NCBI GenBank assembly: GCA_963701185.1
Contig: OY969569.1
Location: 859,548-923,547 of the forward strand
From: Candidatus Gottesmanbacteria bacterium
GTDB taxonomy: Bacteria; Patescibacteriota; Microgenomatia; UBA10105; UBA927
Length of the DNA stretch: 64,000 bases
Direction of reading: 5' to 3'
The notes under the pieces are model-generated. The model had not been told where the DNA came from. It ran no database searches and worked only from the letters and a program-made list of their open reading frames with translations. Below are positions 45,544 to 55,876 of this stretch, one piece after another; position 1 is the first letter of the stretch; every line of letters begins with the position of its first letter. The translations under genes and the position numbers were made by a program.

Positions 45544-47826
45544 TTACACGCCGGGAGTCGGTGTTGCGGATGGTGTCGGGATCGGGGCACACCGGCCGCC
45601 GGGCGGCTCCGTGCCTTTGATGAAATATTCCGCCCGGTTAAAGTAACAGGGAATGGCAATCACGTCGGCTGGTTGAGCGGTTATTTCATCGGATTTATCC
45701 TTCAGAAATTCCGCCATGATGTCATGCCAGATCGGGGCTGCACCGGTGACTCCGGATGTGAGCAGGGGGTTCATGGGGGCATTATTATTATTACCTACCC
45801 AGACAGCAGTTAAGAGTGACGGTGTGTATCCGATGGTCCAGTTATCGCGTTTACTGTCGGTTGTTCCGGTTTTAACCGATACGGTTTTCCCGGGGATAAC
45901 AAGACTTGAGGCGGGACCGAATGCAGCCGTTCTTGCCGAGTTATCGCTTAATATATTGCTGATAATCCATGCGACCTCCGGTCTCACGGCAGCAATGCCG
46001 GGCTTCTTGGTATTTTTTTCCAATACATGGCCGGAATAATCAGTGACTTCCAGAATCGGCCGGAGATCCACCCGGGATCCTCCGTTGGCAAGTGTTCCGA
46101 ATACCCGCGCCATATCAAGCATCGTGACCTCGCCGCCGCCCAGCGTGAGGGATAATCCGAACCGGCCCGGATCCGTCCAGGAATCAATACCCATCGCACG
46201 TCCTTTTTCAACCATTGCCGAAACGCCGATTTTCGCAAGAGTTTTAACGGCGGGGATATTATAGGAATTTGCAAACGCATACCGCAGTGGCGTAGGCCCG
46301 TGAAATTTTCCGTCGTAATTCATCGGCGCATACGCAGGACTGCCGGGGCTCTGATAGACAACCGGAGAATCGTCGAGAATGGTTGCTGCGGTAAACTCGT
46401 TTTCGAGTGCTGCCGCGTAATTGACGACTTTGATACTGGACCCCGGTTGTCGAAGACTCGTCGTGACATTTACGTTGCCGTCTTCCGCAGTATCAAAGTA
46501 ATTCTTACTGCCGACCATGGCAAGTATTTCTCCTGTTTTTGGATTGGTAACCAGTGCCGCTCCGTTACCGACCCGAAGGCCGGCAAGTGCATCAAGTTGT
46601 GTGCGGACAATCGTTTCAGCTTTTTCCTGCATGTCACTATCCAGAGATGTGGTAATACGAAGCCCTCCCTGTTCGACCAGCCGGGGGCCGTACTGTTCTT
46701 CGAGTAAATCCTTCACATACATGACGAAATGAGGCGCACGGATGGGCACATGGGGAGTGGCAAATTTAATGGGAGTAGCAAGTGCTTGTTGTTCCTGTTC
46801 GGGGGTTATGTAGCGGTCTTCCGTCATCCTACGGAGTACTTCTCTCTGCCGTTCAAATGCTTTTTCCGGGTGACTGTTGAACGGGGAATATTCCGACGGT
46901 GCAGCGGGAAGGCCGGCCAGAATGGCCATTTGCGCCAGATTAAGGTTCGCGACCGATGTCCCGAAATATGTTTGGGCAGCCGCCTCTATACCCCAGGCAG
47001 TGCCGCCGTACGGCACCTGGTTTACATACATTTCCAGAATCTGATTTTTGCTGTACAGGCGTTCCGCCCAAAACGCAAGGATGATCTCTTTCACCTTTCG
47101 CGGGATAGTCACTTCAGGCGTCAGCAGTGCGGATTTTATGAGCTGCTGCGTTATGGTTGATCCTCCCTGAATCTGCTTGTTGAGTATGGTTTCGCGGGCC
47201 GCCCGAAGAATCCCCGTGACGGAGAATCCGGGATGCTGATAAAAGTTTTTATCTTCGATGGCGATTGTTGCCTCCTGCATGAGTTTGGGAATTTGGGCGA
47301 GTGGGAGCGGAGTGCGGTTTTGATCGGTATATATTTCATATAAAAGGACGCCGTTGCGGTCAAAGATTTTTGTCGTGACCTCCAGATCCCGCCGGGTTAA
47401 GAGTTGCGGGTTAGGGAGAGCTTTGAGCCACAGGTATGCGTTGTATGGAAGGATAAAGAATAGCACCGTTACGCATATGCCGGCGATAAATGATTTTATT
47501 TGTTCAGTTTTTGTCGGCCACATACGGATGACAGCCGGCGGCGGCGGAAGGCGGCGTAACCGTCTTTTGAATTTCGGCGGTTTTGGAAGATGAATGGCTG
47601 GAAGCGAGAAGCGCGGAAAATGGAGCATGGCGACGGCACGGAGGGTTTCGCGGATAACAATGCCGGAAGTTACGATGGTTGGAGATAAAACATGGAATAC
47701 AAGAGATGCAATGAAACGGACTGTGTCGCCGATGGCAATCAACGCACGCGGGAAAAATAATAAAAATGTTATAAAGAGATATTCGTGTGGAGATTTTTTT
47801 TCGTTTAGCTCTTTCCGGCGCGCCAT
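45544..47826 (-). CDS. Class A penicillin-binding protein (PBP1A-type transglycosylase/transpeptidase), paralog 1
   Basis: GT51 motifs EDKNFYQHPG, GGSTITQQL; transpeptidase SxxK/SxN/KTG-like blocks. Confidence 0.85.
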   Translation of the reverse strand: MARRKELNEKKSPHEYLFITFLLFFPRALIAIGDTVRFIASLVFHVLSPTIVTSGIVIRETLRAVAMLHFPRFSLPAIHLPKPPKFKRRLRRLPPPPAVIRMWPTKTEQIKSFIAGICVTVLFFILPYNAYLWLKALPNPQLLTRRDLEVTTKIFDRNGVLLYEIYTDQNRTPLPLAQIPKLMQEATIAIEDKNFYQHPGFSVTGILRAARETILNKQIQGGSTITQQLIKSALLTPEVTIPRKVKEIILAFWAERLYSKNQILEMYVNQVPYGGTAWGIEAAAQTYFGTSVANLNLAQMAILAGLPAAPSEYSPFNSHPEKAFERQREVLRRMTEDRYITPEQEQQALATPIKFATPHVPIRAPHFVMYVKDLLEEQYGPRLVEQGGLRITTSLDSDMQEKAETIVRTQLDALAGLRVGNGAALVTNPKTGEILAMVGSKNYFDTAEDGNVNVTTSLRQPGSSIKVVNYAAALENEFTAATILDDSPVVYQSPGSPAYAPMNYDGKFHGPTPLRYAFANSYNIPAVKTLAKIGVSAMVEKGRAMGIDSWTDPGRFGLSLTLGGGEVTMLDMARVFGTLANGGSRVDLRPILEVTDYSGHVLEKNTKKPGIAAVRPEVAWIISNILSDNSARTAAFGPASSLVIPGKTVSVKTGTTDSKRDNWTIGYTPSLLTAVWVGNNNNAPMNPLLTSGVTGAAPIWHDIMAEFLKDKSDEITAQPADVIAIPCYFNRAEYFIKGTEPPGGRCAPIPTPSATPTPGV

Positions 47827-47876
47827 AGTGTGTGAGTTATATCACAAACTCCAGCCTCGGGACAAGGGGAAAGAAA

Positions 47877-50108
47877 TTATTTAATAAACACGGATTTGCC
47901 GGCGGGGTGGGGGCAATCCAGGCACCAGCGTGATATACCGTCGCTTATTACCTGATGATCCTGCATTTCCACGTTTGCATTTGGTTTATTGGGCTCAACG
48001 AGATCGCCGGTATCTTTATCGATGACGACTGTTTGTTTAAGATTTTCCCGTTCTGTGGGAATGGTTCCCTTGATAAAGTATTCGAATCGTGTCGAACAAC
48101 CTTTGTCGCCTGCGTTTGGGTCAGGATTCGGCGGCAGCAGCCCTGAGATGCTGCAGACTTGCGCCCCGACAATGCCGTCCGGTTGTTTGGGCCAAATGTC
48201 GGGTTTGCCCTTTAAAGCCTGCACCATGAGTTTGTGCCAGATTGGTGCCGCGCCGGTGATACCGGACACCAGATACGGATTCATCGGCGAGTTATCATTG
48301 TTTCCTACCCACGCGGCGACTAATATCTGCGGGGTAAATCCGATGGTCCAGTTGTCGCGAAGATCATTCGTTGTTCCGGTTTTCACCGAGACGGCACGGT
48401 TGGGAATGTAAAGCTCCGACGCGGGGCCGAACTCTTCCTGGCGCGCGTTATTGTCAAGAAGTATATGGGAAATGAGAAATGCGGTTTCGGTCGATATCAC
48501 CCGTGGCCCGTTCATGAGGAGCTGCGACGGGATGTCTTTGTCTAAATTCGGATCTTTGTATTCCGAAAGTATTTTTCCGGTTTTATCCACAACCTTGAGA
48601 ATAGAGACAAGATCATGCCGGATGCCGCCGTTGGCAAATACGCCGAATGCCGTTGCCATATCGGTCATATGGATTTCACCTCCGCCCAGTGTGAGCGATA
48701 GTCCATAATGACTCGGGTCTTTAAACGTCGTTATGCCGAATGCACTGGCGGAGGCAACCATATCAGTGACGGTATTCATATAGAGCATTTTGACCGCCGG
48801 AATATTAAATGAATTGCCCAATGCCATCCGCAGTTGCACCGGACCGTGGAATTTCCCGTCGTAGTTGACGGGGCAGTACGGCGGTTTTCCGATATTTCCG
48901 AAACACGTCGGTTCATCAATAAACATTGTGGCGGGGGTGACGATACGTTTTTCCAGTCCGATAGCGTAGTTAATGGGTTTGATGCTTGAGCCGGGCTGGC
49001 GCAGCGCCGTGACGACGTTATAATTTCCGGACGGAGACGCGAAATAATCCACGGAACCGACCATGGCAAGGATTTCGCCTGTTGCGGGTTTGGTAATGAG
49101 TGCGGCACCGTTGGAGACCTGATAGTTTTTTAATTTCGCCACCTCCGCAGCAACGGTTGCCTGGGCGTACTCCTCTAAATCCAGGTCCAGCGTGGTCGTT
49201 ACTTTCAGCCCTCCCTTTGCCACCAATGCCTCTCCGTATTGTTGAACCAATTGTTCTTTGACGTACATAACAAAATGCGGGGCTTTGATGCCGGTTTCAT
49301 TTTTAAACACCAGCGGCTGCGATGCAGCCTGGTCGGCTTGTTCTTTGGAAATATATTTATCTTCCACCATGCGCTTCAGTACTTCTTTTTGGCGGCTGAC
49401 GGCAAGGAGAGGATGTGCTCCGAACGGGGAATATAATGTCGGGGCTTGCGGCAGGCCGGCCAAAAGTGCAGCCTCGGCGAGGGTCAGATCCTCAACTTTT
49501 TTGCCGAAATATTGTTCGCTCGCGGATTCGACTCCCCAGGCCGTGCCCCCGTAGGGGACTTGGTTTAAATACAGTTCCAATATCTTATCTTTGGGGTACA
49601 GTGCTTCCACCCAAAAGGCGAGGATGATTTCTTTGATTTTTCGTATGATGGTGCGCTCAGGAGACAGGAGTGCGGATTTGACGAGTTGTTGGGTAATAGT
49701 GGACCCCCCCTGCAGTTGTCCGCGTGTGATATCGGCGGCTAGCGCCCGTAAGATGCCGCCGACGATATTCACCCCTTGATGTTGGTAGAAGTTTTTATCT
49801 TCTATGGAAATTGTGGCTTCCTGCAGATTTTTAGGAATTTCCGAAAGCGGGACAGGCGTGCGGTTTTGGTCGGCAAAAATATCAAACAGGAGTTTTCCGC
49901 TGCGGTCATAAATTTTTGTGGAAATTGGGATATTATATTGGGCTAATTTTGCCGGTGACGGAAGATCTTTGAAAATTAAAAGATATGAGGTTAACACCAG
50001 AAAAAAGGGTAAAAACCAAAATGCCCATGCCCAGCGAGGAATTTTTTTACCTGATTTCGGAACGACCTTTACACGTTTTTTCAGCCACGAAATGATTGAG
50101 CGGTACAT
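47877..50108 (-). CDS. Class A penicillin-binding protein, paralog 2
   Basis: Same GT51 and TP motifs; collinear with the downstream paralog. Confidence 0.85.
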   Translation of the reverse strand: MYRSIISWLKKRVKVVPKSGKKIPRWAWAFWFLPFFLVLTSYLLIFKDLPSPAKLAQYNIPISTKIYDRSGKLLFDIFADQNRTPVPLSEIPKNLQEATISIEDKNFYQHQGVNIVGGILRALAADITRGQLQGGSTITQQLVKSALLSPERTIIRKIKEIILAFWVEALYPKDKILELYLNQVPYGGTAWGVESASEQYFGKKVEDLTLAEAALLAGLPQAPTLYSPFGAHPLLAVSRQKEVLKRMVEDKYISKEQADQAASQPLVFKNETGIKAPHFVMYVKEQLVQQYGEALVAKGGLKVTTTLDLDLEEYAQATVAAEVAKLKNYQVSNGAALITKPATGEILAMVGSVDYFASPSGNYNVVTALRQPGSSIKPINYAIGLEKRIVTPATMFIDEPTCFGNIGKPPYCPVNYDGKFHGPVQLRMALGNSFNIPAVKMLYMNTVTDMVASASAFGITTFKDPSHYGLSLTLGGGEIHMTDMATAFGVFANGGIRHDLVSILKVVDKTGKILSEYKDPNLDKDIPSQLLMNGPRVISTETAFLISHILLDNNARQEEFGPASELYIPNRAVSVKTGTTNDLRDNWTIGFTPQILVAAWVGNNDNSPMNPYLVSGITGAAPIWHKLMVQALKGKPDIWPKQPDGIVGAQVCSISGLLPPNPDPNAGDKGCSTRFEYFIKGTIPTERENLKQTVVIDKDTGDLVEPNKPNANVEMQDHQVISDGISRWCLDCPHPAGKSVFIK

Positions 50109-50170
50109 GCGAGTATTATATCAGGTGTATAATATAACCATAAATATTCATATATAAAAGGAGGTTCCCT

Positions 50171-50770
50171 ATGTTTACTTTACCGGATTTACCCTACGCC
50201 TATAATGCGTTGGAACCCTATATTGATGAGGCGACGATGCATATCCATCACGATAAGCATCATGCAACCTATGTTAAAAATCTTAACGATGCCCTTGCCG
50301 GTTCGTTTGACGGTATTTCCGTTGAAGAATTATTAACCAAACTGAATGATGTTCCTGAGGTGATCCGCACAAAAGTAAAAAACAATGCCGGCGGGCACGC
50401 AAATCATTCTTTGTATTGGCAAATAATGGCTCCAAAAGCCGGCGGGAAGCCTACGGGAAACCTTGCGGCGGCCATTGATGCGACGTTTGGATCGTTCGAA
50501 AAATTTCAAGAGCTTTTCAGCGCTGCTGCTCTCAATCACTTCGGCAGCGGGTGGGCATGGTTAGTTTCTGAGAACAGGAAATTGACTATCATCGACACAT
50601 CCAATCAGGATAGTCCGCTGACCGATGGGAAAACCCCGATTCTTACAATTGATGTGTGGGAACATGCGTACTATCTCAAATATCAAAACATGCGGGTTGA
50701 GTATATAAAAGCATGGTGGAACGTGGTGAACTGGGCTGAGGTTAGTAAGCGGTTCCAAGCTCTCGCATAA
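50171..50770 (+). CDS. Fe/Mn superoxide dismutase
   Basis: [10 protein letters not shown]...HHDKHH...DVWEHAYY motifs. Confidence 0.9.
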   Translation: MFTLPDLPYAYNALEPYIDEATMHIHHDKHHATYVKNLNDALAGSFDGISVEELLTKLNDVPEVIRTKVKNNAGGHANHSLYWQIMAPKAGGKPTGNLAAAIDATFGSFEKFQELFSAAALNHFGSGWAWLVSENRKLTIIDTSNQDSPLTDGKTPILTIDVWEHAYYLKYQNMRVEYIKAWWNVVNWAEVSKRFQALA

Positions 50771-51474
50771 TGAAACCCGACGATTTTTTCGGTATACCCC
50801 GTCATGAAAAACCCAAAGACGTTATTCTCTTTGCCGGAAAAAACTTTGTCCACTCTACTGACGAGTGTTTCATCATCGCTGATGGGTACCCCGGGTTGCC
50901 GCATGCGAATGAGGCGGAACAATTAACCCGGCAGACGGGACTCTGGGCATATCATATGGTCCGTCAACGACCATTTTATTGGAACAGTAAAGCTTTTTTA
51001 TTAAAACGGATTTTCAGATCAACAAATCTCCGGCTCTGGCAGAAGCGCCGTGATCCCGGATTTGACGCCGGCCTCGCGTCGGCGCTCACTGTTCTTATCG
51101 TGATCGGAGATTTTTTTTGGCTCGGGACGGCGGGAAACTGTAATACATATCTGTATCGTGAAGGACTTATTGATATTCTCACGCCCCGCGATGTCGATGA
51201 TGACGGCATGCTGACGAAAGCCGTGGGATTTGCCCGCAAGCAGCTTATCCCCGCCATGCATTCGGGAAAATTACTGGAGGGTGACATCATTCTTCTTGCC
51301 ACAGACAGCGTTGCCAATTACGTAGGTGAGGACGATATGCGCAGGATTTTAGAAGAGGTAGGAATGACAACGGAATCCCTGCAAATTGCAATTGAGAAAT
51401 TAATAAGTGTTGCCAAATCAGCAGGCAGTACGGATTCCATGTCGGCGTGTATGGTCAAACGGATCGTGATATGA
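50770..51474 (+). CDS. PP2C-like domain protein with degenerate metal-binding residues (possible pseudophosphatase)
   Basis: IADGYPG in place of DGMGG; AGNCNTYLY in place of GDSRxY; LLATDSV resembles LLCSDGL; ATGA overlap with sod. Confidence 0.35.
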   Translation: MKPDDFFGIPRHEKPKDVILFAGKNFVHSTDECFIIADGYPGLPHANEAEQLTRQTGLWAYHMVRQRPFYWNSKAFLLKRIFRSTNLRLWQKRRDPGFDAGLASALTVLIVIGDFFWLGTAGNCNTYLYREGLIDILTPRDVDDDGMLTKAVGFARKQLIPAMHSGKLLEGDIILLATDSVANYVGEDDMRRILEEVGMTTESLQIAIEKLISVAKSAGSTDSMSACMVKRIVI

Positions 51475-51481
51475 TGGAGAC

Positions 51482-52966
51482 ATGTCCGAAGAATTTTTTG
51501 AACCAATCTCCGACACCGCCACTCCGCCGACCTACAAATTTTTTAACGGGTCCGCGTGGGTAACCGGAACGGGGGGTAAAACCACTCAAATTATTTCTCC
51601 TATTGACCAAAGCGTTGTCGGAAATCTTCCCGTGGCAGCGACAGGGGAAATCGATGAAATTCTTAAAAAATTAAAAGCCGCGCAGCCAGCGTGGGAAGCA
51701 GTCCCCCTGAACAAACGTGTAAAGATGATGCATTTGGCCGCCGATTGGGTGAGGCACTACGAAGAATATCTTACGACCTTACTTGTCCGTGAGATCGGCA
51801 AGTCCGTGGGGGAATCCAAAAGCGAAATCGTGCGCACCGCGGAGCTTACCGATTATTTTGCCGATGAAGTGCAGTCCGTTCATGGGGAAGTGATCAGCAG
51901 TGATGATTTTCCCGGGTATGACAAAGGAACGACGGCGATGGTTGAGCGTGCCGCCCACGGCGTCGTTTTGTGTATTGCCCCGTTCAATTACCCTGTAAAC
52001 CTTGCGGCCAGCAAAATTGTACCGGCACTTCTCATGGGCAATACGGTACTGTTTAAGCCGCCGACCCAGGGGGGAGTGAGCGGCCTGCACCTGGCGCGTC
52101 TATTTGAAAAAGCCGGCCTTCCGCCCGATATTTTTGCCTGTGTGACCGGCGGCGGATCAGAAATCGGAGATTATCTGGTTTCTCATAAACACATAGATGC
52201 CGTGGCGTTTACCGGAAGTTCAGATACGGGAGTTGCTATCGCCGGTCGCGCGCCGATGAAGCCGCTTCTTTTTGAGTGCGGAGGCAATAATCCCGCAATC
52301 ATATTTCCCGATGCGGATATGAATCTCACCGCAAAAGAAATCGTTAAGGGTGGATTCTCCTATGCGGGACAACGGTGTACCGCAATTAAATATGTATTGG
52401 GAACGAAGGGTGTCCTTGATACGCTTATTCCCGTAGTGTTGGCTCAGATGAAGGAACTTATTCACGTCGGTGATCCGCGAAGTCCCGAAACGAAACTCGT
52501 GGGACCCGTGATTTCTCCCGATGTTGCCCAAAAAATTCAGGGATGGATTGATGAGTCAGTAAAATCAGGGGCAAAGGTCGTTACTGGAGGCGGCCATAAT
52601 GCCGCATATATAGAACCGACAATTCTGACAAATGTTACGCCCATGATGCCGGTTGTGGTGAACGAAGTATTTGGTCCGCTGGTGTCTTTTATTGAAATAA
52701 CGAACATGGGAGACGCCGCTACTATAATAAATCAAACACGGTTCGGGCTGCAGGCATGCGTATTTACCAAAGACGAGGGAACGGGGATAGTCTTCGCAAA
52801 ATCACTCAATGTCGGAACGGTGCAGATAAACGGTTCGCCCCAGCGCGGTCCTGACCATTTTCCGTTCCTCGGTGTCAAACACTCCGGCATCGGCGCGCAG
52901 GGCGTGAGGTATTCCTTAGAAGCAATGAGCAGATTGAAACCGGTCGTCCTCAATAAACCGCAGTAA
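51482..52966 (+). CDS. Aldehyde dehydrogenase family (non-phosphorylating GAPDH GapN-like)
   Basis: ALDH catalytic Cys AGQRCTA and Glu box FECGGNNP; about 494 aa. Confidence 0.65.
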   Translation: MSEEFFEPISDTATPPTYKFFNGSAWVTGTGGKTTQIISPIDQSVVGNLPVAATGEIDEILKKLKAAQPAWEAVPLNKRVKMMHLAADWVRHYEEYLTTLLVREIGKSVGESKSEIVRTAELTDYFADEVQSVHGEVISSDDFPGYDKGTTAMVERAAHGVVLCIAPFNYPVNLAASKIVPALLMGNTVLFKPPTQGGVSGLHLARLFEKAGLPPDIFACVTGGGSEIGDYLVSHKHIDAVAFTGSSDTGVAIAGRAPMKPLLFECGGNNPAIIFPDADMNLTAKEIVKGGFSYAGQRCTAIKYVLGTKGVLDTLIPVVLAQMKELIHVGDPRSPETKLVGPVISPDVAQKIQGWIDESVKSGAKVVTGGGHNAAYIEPTILTNVTPMMPVVVNEVFGPLVSFIEITNMGDAATIINQTRFGLQACVFTKDEGTGIVFAKSLNVGTVQINGSPQRGPDHFPFLGVKHSGIGAQGVRYSLEAMSRLKPVVLNKPQ

Positions 52967-52969
52967 GTA

Positions 52970-54487
52970 TTATTCCCATTCCATTGTCGCGGGGGGTTTG
53001 GTGGTAATGTCATAGACGACACGGGAGACATCCGGCACTTCGTTGACAATCCGCGATGAAATGATTGCTAAAACTTCATAGGACAGACGCGCCCACTGGC
53101 TGGTCATAATATCGCGCGATTCATAGGCGCGCAGAGCGACGACCTCAGCAAACACCCTGCCGTCCCCTTTGACCGCGGTGGAGTGCGCTCCGGTCATCAC
53201 CGCAAAACACTGGAACACGGTGTCATACACACCAGCCTTTTTGATTTCTTCCAGAACGATCGCGTCTGCCTGTTTTACCTGTGCGAGACGTTTTTGGGTA
53301 ACCTCTCCCCTGATGCGGATAGCAAATCCTGGGCCGGGGAACGGGTGCGCGGCGATAATGTCTTTTGGCAATCCCGCGAGTCTGCCGATTTCGCGCACTT
53401 CATCTTTATATAAATGGCGCAGCGGTTCAACGAGCGTCATATGCAAGGAAGCGGGGAGTCCCCCGACGTTGTGATGGGACTTGATGTGTGAGGCGAGTTT
53501 ACTTCCTTTGGACTCGATGACATCGGAATAGATTGTTCCCTGTCCGAGGAACGCCGCGTTGGAATATTTTTTTGCCTGCTCCTGAAATATATCAACATAT
53601 AATTTGCCGATTGTTTTCCGTTTCACTTCCGGATCGGTTATCCCCGCCAGGGCGGCAAGAAACCTTTTTTTTGCGTCCACAATGACGAGGTTTGCACGGA
53701 TGAGTCTGGTAAAAATATAGCGGACTTTTGTATCGGTATCGGGGCGCATCAGGCCGCTTTCGACATAGACGGGAATGAGATTTTTTCCGATTGATTTGCC
53801 GATCAAAAAAGCAGTCACTGTGGAATCCACACCGCCGGATACGGCGCAAATAACTTTGTTGTTTCCTACAGTTTTTTTGATTTCTTCAATAATTTGTTTA
53901 GGATTTCGGGTAAGAGGGTTCAGTGTTTCGCGGCAAACATGTACCGCAAAATTTTTCAACAGATCCAGTCCGTATTCGGTATGATCTGCTTCGGGGTGGA
54001 ACTGAACACCGAACAATGAATCTTTTTCATTGACGACGGCAGTATTTTTTACTTCCCGAGTTGATCCCGCGACGACAAATCCGTCCGGAAGGCGGGTCAC
54101 GGTATCGCCGTGGGAGACGATGACCTTGAATTCATTTTTCGGTAATGCGAATATGCCTGTGCGGGATCTAAGAGACAGTGTTTGCGGCCCATACTCTTTT
54201 GCCGTATTTTTAACGGCACCCCCGAGTTTTAAGGCCATGAGCTGCCATCCGTAACAAATACCCAATATGGGAATATGAAACGAAAATATGTTTGTGGGAA
54301 TCGTGGGAGCCCCGTGTTCATAGACGCTGGACGGTCCGCCGGACAATATAATTCCTTTTGGTTTTATTTTCCGGATGATGGCAACGGCGTCGTCGGGATC
54401 GGTGTATTCGATTTCAACACCGAGCTGCCGGAGACGCCTGCCGATGAGATGAGCAGTCTGTGATCCGAAATCGACGATACATATCAT
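52970..54487 (-). CDS. guaA: GMP synthase (glutamine-hydrolysing) GuaA
   Basis: GATase N-domain; PP-loop SGGVDS; C-terminal dimerisation domain ending ...PPATMEWE. Confidence 0.9.
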   Translation of the reverse strand: MICIVDFGSQTAHLIGRRLRQLGVEIEYTDPDDAVAIIRKIKPKGIILSGGPSSVYEHGAPTIPTNIFSFHIPILGICYGWQLMALKLGGAVKNTAKEYGPQTLSLRSRTGIFALPKNEFKVIVSHGDTVTRLPDGFVVAGSTREVKNTAVVNEKDSLFGVQFHPEADHTEYGLDLLKNFAVHVCRETLNPLTRNPKQIIEEIKKTVGNNKVICAVSGGVDSTVTAFLIGKSIGKNLIPVYVESGLMRPDTDTKVRYIFTRLIRANLVIVDAKKRFLAALAGITDPEVKRKTIGKLYVDIFQEQAKKYSNAAFLGQGTIYSDVIESKGSKLASHIKSHHNVGGLPASLHMTLVEPLRHLYKDEVREIGRLAGLPKDIIAAHPFPGPGFAIRIRGEVTQKRLAQVKQADAIVLEEIKKAGVYDTVFQCFAVMTGAHSTAVKGDGRVFAEVVALRAYESRDIMTSQWARLSYEVLAIISSRIVNEVPDVSRVVYDITTKPPATMEWE

Positions 54488-54488
54488 G

Positions 54489-55274
54489 TCATTTTGTGGT
54501 TACTGTTACACTCTCATGCACGGTAACTTGAGAACTTTTGGGAGATGTCAATGTCGGTTTTTCCTCGGTTGCAGGAGATGGCGAAAAAATTGTTCCATGT
54601 ACGAGAAATCCCCAACCGGTGTCCTGCGACAATTTTTTCCCGTGTTGTTTTTCCCCTTTTTGATCCGGCAGACATATATGATCTCCTTTATTTACATTTT
54701 TAATATAATGTCTTCGGACAAATCCGATTTGATCTTCTGTGTAATCGAGTTTCTGTAGGAATTTCTGAATCTCCGCTTTTGATTTACCGGCTTCCTGCAT
54801 TTGCTTTGTAATGAGAAGAATCATTTCCGTCGGTTCGTACGGGAATAAAATCCATTTGGTTGTTTGTTTCGCAAAATAATCGGGACGGTAGACAGAGTGG
54901 GGCTTATAAAACATGGTGGCAGTGGCGATATGTTTCGGTCCGCAGCGTTTCAGATATTTGATCGCGCGTATGAGCGTTTTTCCTGAATCCGATACGTCGT
55001 CAACCAGAAGAATATGTTTATGTTTTATCGAGTTCTGCAGTTTTGCGGTGAGAACCGCTTCGCCGCTTGCCTGAATATCGGTGTAGCTTTGGATGGTAAT
55101 AACCGAGATGGGAATCCGCAGTAAGTCGGTTAACAGATGTCCGAGCGTCAACCCTCCGCGGGAAATTGCAACGATTTGATCAACGGGTGTGGCGTGATCT
55201 AAAATGGCCGCGGCGAGTTTTCTTGCTGTTTCGTGGTAGGTTTTCCAGGAGACGGGGAGATAGTGGATTGCCAT
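54489..55274 (-). CDS. Purine phosphoribosyltransferase (Xpt/Gpt/Hpt-like) with C-terminal extension
   Basis: PRPP-binding ILLVDDVSDSGKTL; ATG at 55274, GTG-extended start rejected. Confidence 0.6.
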   Translation of the reverse strand: MAIHYLPVSWKTYHETARKLAAAILDHATPVDQIVAISRGGLTLGHLLTDLLRIPISVITIQSYTDIQASGEAVLTAKLQNSIKHKHILLVDDVSDSGKTLIRAIKYLKRCGPKHIATATMFYKPHSVYRPDYFAKQTTKWILFPYEPTEMILLITKQMQEAGKSKAEIQKFLQKLDYTEDQIGFVRRHYIKNVNKGDHICLPDQKGEKQHGKKLSQDTGWGFLVHGTIFSPSPATEEKPTLTSPKSSQVTVHESVTVTTK

Positions 55275-55295
55275 ATAATAGTATATAATACACAC

Positions 55296-55799
55296 ATGAA
55301 TAAAGGCAAATTCCTCAAATACTCCAGTGTCGCCATTTCCGGCAGACCCGGCGCGGGCCGCTCCACACTTCTGAAAAATTTAAAACCGATTGTGGAGCCT
55401 CTCGGATGGGAAATATTTTCCGGCGGAGACTGGGCCAGACAATTTGCCATTAAATCCGGTAAACACAAGGCCGATGATATTACGCACCATTTTGCAACGG
55501 ATTATGGGGATGAGATTGATCATCAGATCGATGCCGCAATGCGCAAAAAACTTAGTGACCCCAATACGCATGTCGCGGTAGAATCCTGGATTGCCGGGTG
55601 GAACATGCGTGGGTTAAAGCACGTTTTAAAAGTTCTTCTGATGTGCGACGATGCACTCCGCATTGACCGCGTGGTCAACCGCGATACCATTTCGGTGGCA
55701 GAGGCAAAAAAGCATTTATGGGAACGGGAAGAAAAGAATCTAGCTAAATGGAAACGGATGTACGGCGTCCACGGATTTCTGGGATCCGAAATATTATGA
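55296..55799 (+). CDS. P-loop kinase, cytidylate-kinase-like
   Basis: Walker A ISGRPGAGRST; leaderless, TATAAT 7 nt upstream of the ATG. Confidence 0.45.
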   Translation: MNKGKFLKYSSVAISGRPGAGRSTLLKNLKPIVEPLGWEIFSGGDWARQFAIKSGKHKADDITHHFATDYGDEIDHQIDAAMRKKLSDPNTHVAVESWIAGWNMRGLKHVLKVLLMCDDALRIDRVVNRDTISVAEAKKHLWEREEKNLAKWKRMYGVHGFLGSEIL

Positions 55800-55876
55800 T
55801 CTCGTCATCAACACCTACTCCCACGGCCCGCTGGAAACGTTGGATTTAGTTCTTCAAGCTTTAGGCTACTATTCTC

